Virus record (IMG/VR): IMGVR_UViG_2718218139_000014
Source: a virus
Taxonomy: Duplodnaviria > Heunggongvirae > Uroviricota > Caudoviricetes
DNA: 18,772 bases
Reading direction: 5' to 3' (one strand)
The notes beneath the pieces are model-generated. The model ran no database searches, was not told the origin of the DNA, and worked only from the letters and a program-made list of their open reading frames with translations. Positions 1 through 8,409 of this stretch are shown here, in pieces. How positions within the stretch are numbered: the stretch's first letter is position 1; every line of letters starts with the position of its first letter. The translations under genes and the position numbers were made by a program.

Positions 1-1416
1 TTATTCGTCGTCGTACTGCGGCCCCGCATAGTTGTCGAAGCGCGACCATTGACCGTTAAAGGTCAGGCGTACCGTCCCGATTGGGCCGTTACGTTGTTTA
101 CCGATAATAATTTCCGCGATGCCTTTTAAATCACTGTTTTCGTGATACACCTCATCACGATAGATAAACATGATCAAGTCCGCATCCTGCTCGATAGAGC
201 CAGATTCACGCAGGTCGGAGTTGACCGGGCGTTTGTCGGCACGTTGTTCCAGAGAACGGTTCAACTGGGACAGCGCCACCACCGGCACGTTCAGTTCTTT
301 CGCCAGTGCTTTCAGCGAGCGAGAGATTTCTGCAATTTCCAGCGTACGGTTATCGGAAAGCGCCGGTACGCGCATCAGTTGCAGGTAGTCGATCATGATA
401 AGCCCGATGCCGCCGTGTTCACGGGCAATACGGCGTGCGCGGGAACGCACTTCCGTTGGCGTCAGGCCGGAGGAGTCATCGATATAGATATTGCGTTTTT
501 CGAGCAAAATACCCATGGTGCCGGAAATGCGCGCCCAGTCTTCATCATCGAGCTGCCCGGTACGGATTTTAGTCTGGTCAACGCGCGACAGCGACGCCAG
601 AGAACGCATCATAATCTGTTCTGAAGGCATCTCCAGCGAGAAGATAAGTACTGGTTTATCCTGCAACATCGCCGCGTTTTCGACGAGGTTCATCGCAAAT
701 GTTGTTTTACCCATCGACGGACGCGCGGCGACGATGATCAAATCCGACGGCTGCAAGCCAGCGGTTTTTTTGTTGAGATCGTCATAACCGGTGTTTACTC
801 CGGTAACGCCATCGTGTGGCTGCTGAAACAACTGCTCAATACGCGCCACGGTTGCGTCGAGCACATCGGCGATGTTCTTCGGCCCTTCGTCTTTGTTTGC
901 ACGACTTTCGGCAATTTTAAAGACGCGGGATTCAGCAAGGTCCAGCAGATCTTCGCTGGTACGCCCCTGCGGATCAAAACCGGCTTCAGCAATCTCATTC
1001 GCAACCGAAATCATCTCACGGACAACGGCACGTTCACGCACGATGTCCGCATAGGCACTGATGTTCGCCGCACTTGGCGTATTTTTTGACAGCTCTGCCA
1101 GATAAGCAAAACCACCGACGCTATCGAGTTGCCCCTGGCGTTCCAGCGATTCCGCAAGGGTAATCAGATCGATAGGACTACCGCTTTCCTGCAAACGCGC
1201 CATTTCAGTAAAGATATGGCAGTGTGGGCGGGTGTAAAAATCGTCTGCCACCACACGCTCGGCTACATCGTCCCAGCGTTCGTTATCCAGCATTAAACCG
1301 CCCAACACCGACTGCTCCGCTTCGATCGAGTGCGGAGGCACTTTCAGCCCGGCAACTTGTGGATCGCGTTCGCGGGGTTCAGCCTGCTGTTTGTTGAAGG
1401 GTTTATTTCCTGCCAT
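1..1416 (-). CDS. dnaB: Replicative DNA helicase DnaB, complete, 471 aa
   Basis: Full-length ORF on minus strand; translation begins MAGNKPFNKQQAEPRERDP and contains Walker A (ARPSMGKTT) and the conserved DnaB C-terminus; recognised from memory as E. coli DnaB; stop codon at window position 1-3. Confidence 0.96.
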   Translation of the reverse strand: MAGNKPFNKQQAEPRERDPQVAGLKVPPHSIEAEQSVLGGLMLDNERWDDVAERVVADDFYTRPHCHIFTEMARLQESGSPIDLITLAESLERQGQLDSVGGFAYLAELSKNTPSAANISAYADIVRERAVVREMISVANEIAEAGFDPQGRTSEDLLDLAESRVFKIAESRANKDEGPKNIADVLDATVARIEQLFQQPHDGVTGVNTGYDDLNKKTAGLQPSDLIIVAARPSMGKTTFAMNLVENAAMLQDKPVLIFSLEMPSEQIMMRSLASLSRVDQTKIRTGQLDDEDWARISGTMGILLEKRNIYIDDSSGLTPTEVRSRARRIAREHGGIGLIMIDYLQLMRVPALSDNRTLEIAEISRSLKALAKELNVPVVALSQLNRSLEQRADKRPVNSDLRESGSIEQDADLIMFIYRDEVYHENSDLKGIAEIIIGKQRNGPIGTVRLTFNGQWSRFDNYAGPQYDDE

Positions 1417-1498
1417 AGTGAATGGAGTTACCGAGATAAAGAATGGGTCGAAACTTTACCATATGAAGCAGACCCTGACGATACGTTCTGGAGGACAC

Positions 1499-2482
1499 AT
1501 GGCAACACGAATTGAATTTCACAAGCACGGTGGCCCGGAAGTACTTCAAGCCGTAGAGTTCACTCCTGCCGATCCGGCAGAGAATGAAATCCAGGTCGAA
1601 AATAAAGCCATCGGCATCAATTTTATCGACACGTATATCCGCAGCGGCCTTTACCCGCCGCCATCACTACCCAGCGGATTAGGTACCGAAGCGGCAGGCA
1701 TCGTGAGTAAAGTCGGCAGTGGTGTAAAGCATATTAAGGCAGGCGATCGTGTAGTCTATGCGCAGTCGGCGTTAGGCGCTTACAGCTCTGTGCATAACAT
1801 TAATGCGGATAAAGCGGCGATTCTGCCTGCGGCAATTTCTTTTGAGCAAGCTGCGGCATCCTTCCTGAAAGGCTTAACGGTTTATTATCTGCTGCGCAAA
1901 ACCTATGAAATTAAACCCGATGAACAGTTCCTGTTCCACGCAGCGGCTGGCGGCGTTGGCTTAATTGCCTGCCAGTGGGCAAAAGCCCTGGGCGCGAAAC
2001 TTATCGGCACCGTAGGAACCGCGCAAAAAGCGCAGAGCGCGCTAAAAGCGGGCGCGTGGCAGGTTATTAACTATCGTGAAGAGGATCTGGTCGAGCGGTT
2101 AAAAGAGATCACCGGCGGTAAGAAAGTGCGCGTGGTGTACGATTCCGTGGGCAGAGACACCTGGGAACGGTCGCTGGATTGCCTGCAACGCCGCGGCTTA
2201 ATGGTCAGTTTTGGCAACTCATCAGGTGCGGTTACCGGTGTGAACTTAGGCATTCTCAATCAAAAAGGCTCGTTGTATGTGACACGCCCTTCCCTGCAAG
2301 GCTATATCACCACGCGGGAGGAATTAACCGAGGCCAGTAATGAACTGTTCTCTTTGATTGCCAGCGGTGTGATTAAGGTCGATGTCGCCGAGCAGCAGAA
2401 ATATCCGCTGAAGGATGCGCAGCGTGCGCATGAGATTCTGGAAAGCCGGGCGACGCAAGGTTCCAGCCTGTTGATTCCATAA
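1499..2482 (+). CDS. qor: NADPH:quinone oxidoreductase (zeta-crystallin family), 327 aa
   Basis: ORF track gives a 363-aa frame, but the recognisable protein starts at MATRIEFHKHGGPEVLQ (ATG 1499) preceded by GGAGGA at about 1490-1495; divergent from dnaB as in E. coli; nucleotide-binding AAAGGVG motif present. Confidence 0.93.
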   Translation: MATRIEFHKHGGPEVLQAVEFTPADPAENEIQVENKAIGINFIDTYIRSGLYPPPSLPSGLGTEAAGIVSKVGSGVKHIKAGDRVVYAQSALGAYSSVHNINADKAAILPAAISFEQAAASFLKGLTVYYLLRKTYEIKPDEQFLFHAAAGGVGLIACQWAKALGAKLIGTVGTAQKAQSALKAGAWQVINYREEDLVERLKEITGGKKVRVVYDSVGRDTWERSLDCLQRRGLMVSFGNSSGAVTGVNLGILNQKGSLYVTRPSLQGYITTREELTEASNELFSLIASGVIKVDVAEQQKYPLKDAQRAHEILESRATQGSSLLIP

Positions 2483-2489
2483 AAGAAAT

Positions 2490-2520
2490 AGGGCTTCCAC
2501 CTGGGAAGCCCTTTCTTTTT
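2490..2520. terminator. Rho-independent terminator, likely bidirectional, between convergent qor and pspG
   Basis: Perfect 9-bp inverted repeat AGGGCTTCC / GGAAGCCCT with 5-nt loop, followed by TTTCTTTTT on the plus strand and preceded by an A-rich run (a T-run on the minus strand). Confidence 0.7.
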
Positions 2521-2647
2521 ATAGTTCGGCTGTATGTAGGGTACAGCACGATGAATCTGTTAGAGGCGCAATAGTGACAGATTTGATTATCAATTCCTAT
2601 TTTGTTCTAAGGATAAAACCTTAGGTTGTGATCATCCGCACAATCCC

Positions 2648-2890
2648 TTAGTAACGCCAGCGGTCATAACGCTGATATTTCGGCACTTTTGGTGCTTTAA
2701 TCGCCTTAATAACCCACACCACCGCAATCGCCAGTAGTAACCACGGCAGCAACTTAATCATCAATGCCAGCATACCGCCGAGGAACATAATGGCCGTCGC
2801 CACAACCAGCGCGGCGATAATGCCCAGCAACGAAACGCCGGTGACCATCAGCATGACAAAAAAGCCAATCACAAAAAGTAGTTCCAGCAT
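2648..2890 (-). CDS. pspG: Phage-shock protein G, small inner-membrane protein, 80 aa
   Basis: Within the 150-aa ORF-track frame, the start at MLELLFVIGFFVMLMVTGV (ATG 2890) with GGAGAG RBS gives an 80-aa hydrophobic protein matching PspG from memory; position between qor and dusA matches E. coli synteny. Confidence 0.88.
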   Translation of the reverse strand: MLELLFVIGFFVMLMVTGVSLLGIIAALVVATAIMFLGGMLALMIKLLPWLLLAIAVVWVIKAIKAPKVPKYQRYDRWRY

Positions 2891-2923
2891 GATGCTCTCC
2901 CAAATATGAAATCTCTTGCTGGC

Positions 2924-2941
2924 ATTACAAGAATCATGCCA
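2924..2941 (-). promoter_or_regulatory. Candidate sigma-54 (-24/-12) promoter for pspG
   Basis: Minus-strand sequence TGGCATGATTCTTGTAAT (TGGCA-N6-TTGTA) about 35 nt upstream of the pspG ATG; resembles the GG-N10-GC class, with a T at the -12 GC position; pspG is known to be PspF/sigma-54 dependent. Confidence 0.45.
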
Positions 2942-3023
2942 AAAATAATCTATTGATTTAACAGCAAAACGCCCCGCGACGGTGCGCAGGGCGTGGTGAA
3001 TTTGACTACTTTTTGGTGAAAAG

Positions 3024-4061
3024 TTAACGCTTATCCGCCACCAGTTTGAGCGCGTGTTCCAGCACATTAATGTCTGCACCCGCTTTATGGGCATTTTCAC
3101 TTAAATAACGCCGCCACTGCCGCGCGCCAGGAATACCCTGGAACAAGCCCAACATATGCCGGGTAATATGGCCGAGATACGTCCCCTGGCTGAGTTCACG
3201 CTCAATGTACGGATACATGGCGCGCACTACCGCCACCGGATCGGCATCGGTATCCGAGGAACCAAAGATCTCCCGGTCTACCGCCGCCAGAATACCCGGA
3301 TTCTGATACGCCTCGCGCCCGACCATCACGCCATCCATATGTTGCAGGTGTGCTTTGGCCTCTTCCAGCGACTTGATACCACCGTTAATCGACATTGTCA
3401 GATGCGGAAAGTCACGCTTCAGTTGATACACACGCGGATAATCGAGCGGCGGGATTTCACGGTTTTCTTTCGGGCTTAACCCCGAAAGCCAGGCTTTACG
3501 TGCGTGGATGATGAACATCTCACACTCGCCTTTGCCGGAAACGGTATTGATGAAATCGCAGAGAAATTCATAGCTGTCCTGGTCGTCGATGCCAATACGC
3601 GTTTTCACCGTCACCGGAATCGACACCACATCGCGCATCGCTTTCACGCAGTCGGCAACCAGCTGCGCATTACCCATCAGACACGCACCAAACATGCCGT
3701 TCTGCACCCGGTCAGACGGGCAGCCGACATTCAGGTTGATCTCATCATATCCGCGCGCTTCTGCCAGCTTTGCACACTGCGCCAGCGCCGCCGGATCGCT
3801 ACCGCCCAGTTGCAACGCTACCGGATGTTCTTCTTCACTGTACGCCAGATAATCACCTTTACCGTGAATAATCGCCCCTGTGGTCACCATTTCGGTATAA
3901 AGCAACGTATTGCGGGAAAGCAGACGCAAGAAATAGCGGCAATGTCTGTCCGTCCAGTCGAGCATAGGAGCAATGCTAAACCGAGAACTCCAGTAAGCGC
4001 CAGTTTTTTCAGGCATCACGCTGGTTTGATTAGTTTTCTGTGTTTCAGGATTATCGTGCAT
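3024..4061 (-). CDS. dusA: tRNA-dihydrouridine synthase A (TIM-barrel flavoprotein), 345 aa with longest start
   Basis: Translation contains conserved Dus motifs ([22 protein letters not shown], catalytic Cys region); an alternative start at MPEKTG (4016) is possible; the extreme 5' end lies next to the integrase and may be element-derived. Confidence 0.92.
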   Translation of the reverse strand: MHDNPETQKTNQTSVMPEKTGAYWSSRFSIAPMLDWTDRHCRYFLRLLSRNTLLYTEMVTTGAIIHGKGDYLAYSEEEHPVALQLGGSDPAALAQCAKLAEARGYDEINLNVGCPSDRVQNGMFGACLMGNAQLVADCVKAMRDVVSIPVTVKTRIGIDDQDSYEFLCDFINTVSGKGECEMFIIHARKAWLSGLSPKENREIPPLDYPRVYQLKRDFPHLTMSINGGIKSLEEAKAHLQHMDGVMVGREAYQNPGILAAVDREIFGSSDTDADPVAVVRAMYPYIERELSQGTYLGHITRHMLGLFQGIPGARQWRRYLSENAHKAGADINVLEHALKLVADKR

Positions 4062-4094
4062 TTTTGAACATTTCAGGCTATTTTTCTCGCGTTA

Positions 4095-4129
4095 GGTTCC
4101 CGCACAGGTTCCCACGTTTTATGGGAACC
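4095..4129. repeat. Cluster of GGTTCCC motifs (two direct, one inverted) in the dusA-integrase intergenic region
   Basis: GGTTCCCGCACA-GGTTCCCACG direct repeats followed by the palindrome GGTTCCCA-cgtttta-TGGGAACC; lies between divergent dusA and int starts; candidate integrase/operator or att-arm sites. Confidence 0.4.
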
Positions 4130-5017
4130 CGAAATAACGAGGTCGTGTAATGGCGTACTATAACATAGAGAAACGACTAAAATCCGATGGCACACCACGC
4201 TATCGCTGTAATGTGATTATCAAAGAAAAAGGTGTTATCACTTACAGAGAAAGCAAAACATTCCCTAAACATGCTCATGCCAAAACATGGGGCGCACAGA
4301 AAGTGATGGAATTAGATCTATATGGCATTCCATCATCAAATGCTGTTGATGGACTTACAGTCCGTGACTTACTACACAAATATTTAAATGACCCAAATGC
4401 CGGAGGTAAAGCAGGCCGTACTAAAAGATATGTGCTGGAACTGCTTATGGATAGTGACATATCCGCGATCAAACTATCTGAACTGACAGAAAATGACGTA
4501 ATTGAACATTGCAGGCTAAGAAACAACGCTGGTGCAGGCCCAGCAACAGTCAGCCACGATGTTAGTTATCTTGGCAGTGTTCTGGATGCGGCAAAACCTG
4601 TATACGGAATCAATTACACATCAAACCCGGCGAAAAGCGCTCGTCCATATCTACTTAAACTCGGTTTGATTGGTAAATCAAACCGTCGTAATCGTAGACC
4701 AGCATCTGATGAACTTGACATGCTCATTGAAGGCCTTCAACAACGATCTACTCATAAATGCTCAAAAATTCCGTTCGTTGATATCCTCAAATTTTCTGTG
4801 TGGTCCTGTATGCGAATCGGAGAAGTATGCCGGTTACGATGGGAAGATCTCGACCAAGAACAAAAATCTATACTAGTAAGAGATAGGAAAGATCCACGTA
4901 AAAAGGAAGGTAACCATATGAAAGTTGCCTTGCTTGGGGAAGCCTGGGATATCTGAGGTAGCCTGAGTTTAACGGACACTCCTTCCTGAAATAGAATGGC
5001 ATCAGAAGGAGCTAATA

Positions 5018-5320
5018 ATGAGCAGAAAAACCCAACGTTACTCTAAAGAGTTCAAAGCCGAAGCTGTCAGAACGGTTCTTGAAAATCAACTTTCGATCAG
5101 TGAAGGCGCTTCCCGATTATCTCTTCCTGAAGGCACTTTAGGACAATGGGTTACCGCCGCCAGAAAAGGGCTCGGTACTCCTGGTTCCCGCACGGTGGCT
5201 GAACTGGAATCTGAAATTCTGCAACTGCGTAAGGCGTTAAATGAAGCTCGCCTTGAGCGAGATATATTAAAAAAAGCAACAGCGTATTTTGCACAGGAGT
5301 CGCTGAAAAATACGCGTTAA
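5018..5320 (+). CDS. IS3-family transposase OrfA (HTH DNA-binding), 100 aa
   Basis: [20 protein letters not shown]... with leucine-zipper-like C-terminus; AGGAG RBS upstream; contains the A AAA AAA slippery site at 5269-5275. Confidence 0.9.
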   Translation: MSRKTQRYSKEFKAEAVRTVLENQLSISEGASRLSLPEGTLGQWVTAARKGLGTPGSRTVAELESEILQLRKALNEARLERDILKKATAYFAQESLKNTR

Positions 5321-5355
5321 TCGAACAATGGCGACAACAATTTCCCATTGAAGCG

Positions 5356-6174
5356 ATGTGTCAGGTATTTGGTGTATCCAGGAGCGGTTATTACAACTGG
5401 GTACAGCATGAACCCTCAGACAGAAAACAAAGTGATGAGCGGCTAAAACTGGAGATTAAGGTGGCACATATCCGCACTCGCGAAACATATGGAACCCGGC
5501 GGCTCCAGACGGAGCTGGCAGAGAATGGCATCATCGTTGGTCGTGACCGACTGGCACGTCTTCGTAAGGAGCTAAGGCTACGCTGTAAGCAGAAACGCAA
5601 GTTCAGAGCGACTACGAACTCGAACCACAATCTGCCAGTTGCGCCAAATCTGCTGAACCAGACGTTCGCTCCTACAGCACCAAATCAGGTCTGGGTGGCG
5701 GACCTGACGTATGTTGCCACACAGGAGGGATGGTTGTACCTCGCTGGCATCAAAGATGTTTATACGTGCGAAATTGTCGGCTACGCCATGGGAGAGCGCA
5801 TGACAAAAGAGCTGACAGGTAAAGCCCTGTTTATGGCGCTCAGGAGCCAGCGCCCACCTGCCGGGCTAATCCACCACTCTGATCGAGGTTCACAGTACTG
5901 CGCATACGATTACCGGGTCATACAGGAGCAGTTTGGTCTGAAAACATCAATGTCGCGTAAAGGTAACTGTTACGACAACGCTCCGATGGAAAGCTTCTGG
6001 GGAACGCTGAAAAATGAGAGCCTGAGCCACTATCGTTTTAATAACCGGGATGAAGCCATCTCAGTAATACGGGAATACATTGAGATTTTCTACAATCGTC
6101 AGCGTCGTCACTCTCGTCTGGGGAATATCTCCCCGGCAGCCTTCAGGGAAAAATATCATCAGATGGCTGCTTAA
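5356..6174 (+). CDS. IS3-family transposase OrfB (DDE catalytic domain), 272 aa; expressed as OrfAB fusion by -1 frameshift
   Basis: ORF in -1 frame relative to OrfA, open from the slippery site; contains DDE-type motifs ([16 protein letters not shown], ...[14 protein letters not shown]). Confidence 0.9.
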   Translation: MCQVFGVSRSGYYNWVQHEPSDRKQSDERLKLEIKVAHIRTRETYGTRRLQTELAENGIIVGRDRLARLRKELRLRCKQKRKFRATTNSNHNLPVAPNLLNQTFAPTAPNQVWVADLTYVATQEGWLYLAGIKDVYTCEIVGYAMGERMTKELTGKALFMALRSQRPPAGLIHHSDRGSQYCAYDYRVIQEQFGLKTSMSRKGNCYDNAPMESFWGTLKNESLSHYRFNNRDEAISVIREYIEIFYNRQRRHSRLGNISPAAFREKYHQMAA

Positions 6175-6516
6175 AAAAAGAACAAATGGTAGTGTCCGCT
6201 ATTGCCAGTACACCTCAATCGTCCAGCGACAACCAAAAAAATCAGAATTCATTTTTCCATATAACAGCACTTCTGTTACCGCAGGATTTCAGAGGGTAAG
6301 AAGCAAATTAGGTATTAAAGATCTGCGATATCATGATTTGCGTAGAGAAGGGGCAAGTCGCTTATTTGAGGCTGGTTTTAGTATTGAGGAAGTCGCTCAA
6401 GTTACAGGGCATCGTTCATTAAACGTGCTATGGCAGGTATATACCGAACTGTATCCGAAATCTTTACATAATCGTTTTGAAGAACTCCAAAAGAGCAGAA
6501 ACAAGACCTCTTGACA

Positions 6517-6560
6517 CTGTTTATTTATACAGATAAAAATAACACTGTATACAAACACAG
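6517..6560 (+). promoter_or_regulatory. Two tandem LexA (SOS) boxes overlapping a candidate promoter of the DinI-like gene
   Basis: CTGT-N8-ACAG at 6517-6532 (CTGTTTATTTATACAG) and 6545-6560 (CTGTATACAAACACAG); TTGACA at 6511-6516 and TAAAAT at 6535-6540 fit a sigma-70 promoter with 18-nt spacer. Confidence 0.6.
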
Positions 6561-6575
6561 TATAGAGGGATTTTT

Positions 6576-6824
6576 ATGCGTATTGAAATCTGCATAGCCA
6601 AAGAGAAAATGACTAAAATGCCAAACGGTGCTGTGGATGCGTTAAAGGAAGAATTAACTCGGCGCATCAGTAAGCGTTATGACGATGTAGAAGTGATCGT
6701 AAAAGCCACCAGCAATGATGGGCTTTCTGTTACACGCACTGCAGATAAGGATTCTGCAAAAACATTTGTTCAGGAGACTCTGAAAGATACCTGGGAATCT
6801 TCTGACGAGTGGTTTGTTCACTAA
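6576..6824 (+). CDS. DinI-family (DNA-damage-inducible protein I-like) protein, 82 aa
   Basis: [11 protein letters not shown]...[11 protein letters not shown] parallels E. coli DinI (MRIEVTIAK...ETWESADDWFV) from memory; AGAGGGA RBS 5 nt upstream; LexA boxes upstream. Confidence 0.85.
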   Translation: MRIEICIAKEKMTKMPNGAVDALKEELTRRISKRYDDVEVIVKATSNDGLSVTRTADKDSAKTFVQETLKDTWESSDEWFVH

Positions 6825-6984
6825 TAAACACGTAAATCGGTAACGGCTGGAAATCATTCAATACTAGCACTATCGAAAGTTCACCAGCCAACCGCAGTAC
6901 GTTCTTGCATACGAGGTGCCGCGTTTTACATGTCGTACCGAGAATTAATTTCATTTTACGAAAAGTTAACCCGCCATTGCTATC

Positions 6985-7626
6985 TTAATTTTTTAAAACG
7001 AAGTTACCTCTGTCAAGGTCAAAAGCACAATTATCTCTTCCTACAATCATTGAAACTGCGATTGACTCCCTGCTCAAAGGATGAGCCGCCCTTGTTTTAA
7101 CAAGATGTATTAATGCCATTTTATCATACAACATACAAACATTTGAATTCATTGAATTCCTCATAAATACCCCATCTTCTGGTTCACATAATGTAACAGG
7201 GCATGTTCGTAAGCTCTCTGGCACTTGCAATTGTGCACGCTCCACATTAAATGCACATACTTCAATTTTATCTAACAACTCCTCTAACTGGTAGTTAGAA
7301 AGCAAATCCATATTTTCGAGCATCTCAATTTCACGCAGTACTGTAACTTCACGGCTTGTCAAACTACCATGATTAAGTGTACGTTCAATATGTTCTATAT
7401 ATTGAAGGCCAATCTGGATATTATCATTCGATAAACCATCCTGGTTAAGACTTCCCATAAAATATCCATTTACCTGCATAGGTCGTATTGACACCATCAA
7501 CTCACCCAGTCTTATTTGAGCTTCTCCACGAATAGTCTGATTACGTATCTCAGACAGGGTTTCTTGAGGAATGTCAGACAAAAAACTAACCCCAGGTAAA
7601 ATATAAGGCGTTAAATCTACAGGCAT
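6985..7626 (-). CDS. nleG: NleG-family type III secretion effector (U-box E3 ubiquitin ligase, DUF1076), paralogue C, 213 aa
   Basis: C-terminal motif TCPVTLCEPEDGVFMRNS...AAHPLSRESIAVSMIV...RGNFVLKN shared with the two neighbouring paralogues; GGAGGGAGAGGA RBS; AT-rich gene and flanks. Confidence 0.78.
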   Translation of the reverse strand: MPVDLTPYILPGVSFLSDIPQETLSEIRNQTIRGEAQIRLGELMVSIRPMQVNGYFMGSLNQDGLSNDNIQIGLQYIEHIERTLNHGSLTSREVTVLREIEMLENMDLLSNYQLEELLDKIEVCAFNVERAQLQVPESLRTCPVTLCEPEDGVFMRNSMNSNVCMLYDKMALIHLVKTRAAHPLSRESIAVSMIVGRDNCAFDLDRGNFVLKN

Positions 7627-7707
7627 TCCTCTCCCTCCATTTTAATAACTTAATTTTGCTTTAGTAAAAAATAAAAGCACATAAAACTATATTTATATCA
7701 TTAATTA

Positions 7708-8337
7708 TCACTTACAACAAAAAGCTTCTCTTTTTGTATCAAAGTGACATTCGTCTTTTCTCATAATCATTGATTCTGTTATAGGTTCTCGACTCAGAGG
7801 ATGAGCTCCACCAGTTTCAACAAGTTGCACTAACGCGTCCTTATCATATAGAGAGCATATCTCAGCACCTTGTGAGTTTCTCATGAACACTCCATTCTCA
7901 GGTTTGTCCAGCGTTATCGGGCATGTCAAAAATGACTCCGGGCAAGAAAAGTGATTAGAATCCGTTCCAAATACACAAGAATTTATTTTTTCCATTAATA
8001 TTTTATTACCTGTTTTATTTTCTCTGTGTTCTGCCATGACACTCTGAAAATAGTTATTAACACTACTTAAAAAATCGACACCTCCATTTAATTGCCTTTC
8101 CAGAGCCACAGCCCTTCTATCCATTCGATGCTCACGCCCCAATAGCCTATCCAGTAAGCCTCCTCTCACCGGTTCAACTGAAAATCCATCCAGTAGTTGG
8201 ACATAGTGAACAGAATATTGGCCACTACCAATGGATATTCTTATTCCACTTTCAAGTCTGGCAGCATCCTGCAAAGACTGTACTCCTGCAGGAGATAATT
8301 GAGATATACTTGGGATACTTAAGGTGGTAACAGGCAT
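7708..8337 (-). CDS. nleG: NleG-family type III secretion effector (U-box E3 ubiquitin ligase), paralogue B, 209 aa
   Basis: C-terminal motif FLTCPITLDKPENGVFMRNS...GAHPLSREPITESMIM; divergent N-terminal half; AT-rich upstream region. Confidence 0.8.
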   Translation of the reverse strand: MPVTTLSIPSISQLSPAGVQSLQDAARLESGIRISIGSGQYSVHYVQLLDGFSVEPVRGGLLDRLLGREHRMDRRAVALERQLNGGVDFLSSVNNYFQSVMAEHRENKTGNKILMEKINSCVFGTDSNHFSCPESFLTCPITLDKPENGVFMRNSQGAEICSLYDKDALVQLVETGGAHPLSREPITESMIMRKDECHFDTKREAFCCK

Positions 8338-8409
8338 AAAAACCTCATTCAGTAATTCATATCAGTTTGCAGGATGTTTCATTAAATAAAATAAAGGGTA
8401 ATGTTCATT

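Larger units (their letters stand above)
4954..6217 (+). mobile_element. IS3-family insertion sequence, 1264 bp (IS600-like), copy 1
   Basis: Imperfect terminal inverted repeats starting TGAGGT... and ending ...ACCTCA; flanked by 3-bp direct repeat ATC (4951-4953 and 6218-6220); two overlapping ORFs with an A7 slippery run; second identical-protein copy at 12278-13541. IS600 name is from memory of length and organisation. Confidence 0.85.
4150..6514 (+). pseudogene. Tyrosine recombinase (phage integrase) gene, dusA-adjacent, interrupted by an IS element
   Basis: N-terminal 267 codons (4150-4953) carry box I (CMRIGEVCRLRWEDLD); the frame resumes exactly after the IS at 6218 (IVQRQPKK...) and contains HDLRR, GHRSL and the catalytic-Tyr region YTELYP before a stop at 6514; the catalytic domain is split by the 1264-bp insertion. 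Confidence 0.85.

Noticed and set aside
142-1089. Several plus-strand ORFs (60-160 aa) overlapping dnaB
   Set aside because: Antisense to a highly conserved, full-length dnaB; no RBS and no recognisable domains; typical shadow ORFs.
1391-1498. N-terminal extension of qor to 363 aa (ORF-track start at 1391)
   Set aside because: The recognisable Qor sequence starts at MATRIEF (1499) with a good RBS; the extension runs across the divergent dnaB promoter region.
2521-2647. Possible REP/structured element between the qor terminator and pspG (short inverted repeat CTAAGG...CCTTAG)
   Set aside because: Only a short 6-bp inverted repeat and no match to the REP consensus as I recall it; insufficient evidence.
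2891-3100. 150-aa version of pspG overlapping the dusA 3' end
   Set aside because: PspG is an 80-aa membrane protein starting at MLELLFVIG; the extension overlaps dusA and the promoter region.
3156-4067. Plus-strand ORFs (107, 187 and 87 aa) antisense to dusA
   Set aside because: Entirely inside the conserved dusA coding region, His/Arg-rich low-complexity translations; shadow ORFs.
6080-6514. 144-aa ORF taken as an independent gene
   Set aside because: Chimeric frame: its first 46 codons are IS right-end sequence (identical in copy 2) and the rest is the integrase C-terminus; it is the 3' part of the disrupted integrase.
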